Below are positions 63,200 through 64,000 of a stretch of 64,000 nucleotides of DNA, piece after piece. The DNA comes from Eledone cirrhosa (lineage: Eukaryota). Location: assembly GCA_964016885.1 (NCBI GenBank), contig OZ024741.1, positions 2,852,001 to 2,916,000 on the forward strand, read 5' to 3'. The notes beneath the pieces are model-generated. The model made no database searches. It was not told where the DNA came from and worked only from the letters and a program-made list of their open reading frames with translations. The stretch's first letter is position 1. Every line of letters begins with the position of its first letter. The position numbers and the translations under genes are program-made.

Positions 63200-64000
63200 G
63201 AAGACCTTCTACTGTCCAGCTCTCCTCACAGTTTCTTCTCTGAAGATCTTCTTCTGTCCATCTCTCCTCAATGTTTCTTCTCTGAATACCTTCCACTGTC
63301 CAGCTCTCCTCACAGATTCTTCTCTGAAGTCCTTCTACCGTCCAGTTCCTCTCACAGTTTCTTCTCTGAAGACCTTCTACTGTCCAGCTCTCCTCACAGT
63401 TTCTTCTCTGATGACCATCTTCTGTTCTGCTCTCTTCACAGTTTATTCTTTGAAGACCTTCTACTGTCCAGTTCCTCTCACAGTTTCTTCTCTGAAGACC
63501 TTCTACTGTCCAGCTCTCCTCACACTTTCTTCTCTGAAGACCTGCTGCTGTCCAGCTCTCCTCACAGTTTCTTCTCTGAAGATCTTCTACTGTCCAGCTC
63601 TCCGGACAGTTTCTTCCCCGATGACCTTCTATTCTCCAGCTCTCCTCACAGTTTCTTCTCTGAAGACCTTCTACTGTCCAGCTCTTCTCATGATTTCTTA
63701 TGTGAAGACCTTCTACTGTCCAGCTCTCCTCACAGTTTCTTCTCTGAAGAGATTCTACTGTCCAGCTCTCCTCACAGTTTCTTGTCTGAAGTTCTACTTC
63801 TGTCCATCTCTCCTCACACTTTCTTCTCTGAAGACCTTTTACTGTACAGCTCTCCTCACAGTTTCTTCTCTGAAGACCTTCTACTCTCCAGCTCTCCTCA
63901 TCATTTCTTCTCTGAAGACCTTCTGCTGCCCAGCACTCCTCACAGTTTCTTCTCTGAACACCTTCTACTGTCCAGCTCTCCTCACAGTTTCTTCTCTGAA
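63200..64000 (+). repeat. Block related to ~56975-57720 (offset ~6.2 kb) and to ~53160-54100
   Basis: GAAGATCTTCTTCTGTCCATCTCTCCTCAATGTTTCTTCTCTGAATACC occurs at 53202, 57015 and 63242. It is followed by the same ordered variants (GATGACCATCTTCTGTTCTGC, CCGGACAG...GATGACC/AATGACC, CTTCTCATGATTTC, GAAGTTCTACTTCTG). Confidence 0.78.

Larger units (their letters stand above)
1..64000 (+). repeat. Satellite DNA array: tandem 42-bp monomer TGTCCAGCTCTCCTCACAGTTTCTTCTCTGAAGACCTTCTAC, ~1,500 copies, single orientation, truncated by both window edges
   Basis: The unit is directly visible throughout, e.g. 1-42 is a variant monomer and 85-126 begins TGTCCAGCTCTCCTCACAG. Every translated ORF has a 14-aa period (SSSPHSFFSEDLLL, CPALLTVSSLKTFY, WTVEGLQRRNCEES). 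Most monomers differ from consensus by a few substitutions, with occasional 39-, 40-, 41- and 43-bp length variants. No non-repeat sequence was seen. Confidence 0.99.

Noticed and set aside
1-64000. CRISPR array (palindromic repeat of similar size)
   Set aside because: Monomers abut directly with no unique spacers, and there is no leader or cas gene.
1-64000. Leucine-rich-repeat, zinc-finger or Cys-rich repeat protein exon (CPALLTVSSLKTFY)
   Set aside because: The 14-aa period does not fit LRR (20-29 aa) or C2H2 (28 aa, CxxC...HxxxH) consensus, and the frame is repeatedly broken.
1-64000. Heat-shock element array (alternating TTC / GAA / TTC)
   Set aside because: The spacing is TTC-N3-GAA-N4-TTC, whereas HSF requires contiguous inverted nGAAn pentamers with 2-bp gaps.
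1-64000. CENP-B box, alpha satellite, telomeric repeat or G-quadruplex array
   Set aside because: I saw no TTCG....A..CGGG motif, no 171-bp period, no TTAGGG-like unit and no regular runs of three or more G on either strand of the consensus.
1-64000. In-frame TGA every 14 codons in the third + frame as selenocysteine or readthrough recoding
   Set aside because: It is simply the CTGAAG of the monomer. There is no SECIS-like element or gene context.
1-64000. Regular restriction sites (AluI AGCT, MboII GAAGA, BbsI GAAGAC, XmnI GAANNNNTTC) as a sign of a synthetic construct
   Set aside because: Hierarchical, phylogenetically structured variation and nested duplications indicate natural evolution. 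The sites are only useful for a diagnostic 42-bp ladder digest.

Overview
The whole 64-kb window is one uninterrupted head-to-tail tandem array of a 42-bp monomer, consensus TGTCCAGCTCTCCTCACAGTTTCTTCTCTGAAGACCTTCTAC. That is about 1,500 copies (64000/42 = ~1,524), all in one orientation, and the array runs off both ends of the window. By my count the consensus is 48% GC, 71% pyrimidine on the + strand and CpG-free. It is best read as eukaryotic satellite DNA. I do not recognise the family or the organism. I see no genuine genes, RNA genes, transposon insertions or CRISPR spacers. All listed ORFs are explained by a 42-bp (14-codon) unit that lacks stops in three of six frames. The informative structure is in the variants. 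There are three sequence domains with different diagnostic monomers, a recurrent multi-monomer cassette, and nested tandem duplications of about 1.1, 1.3, 1.7, 1.8, 2.9-3.1, 3.0 and 9.5 kb, the largest nearly identical. The monomer itself has nested dyad symmetry, a length of four helical turns, an internal ~14-bp sub-repeat, a TTC-N3-GAA motif and strong strand asymmetry. Functional interpretations of these are inference only. Block boundaries were read by eye and are approximate to about one monomer.
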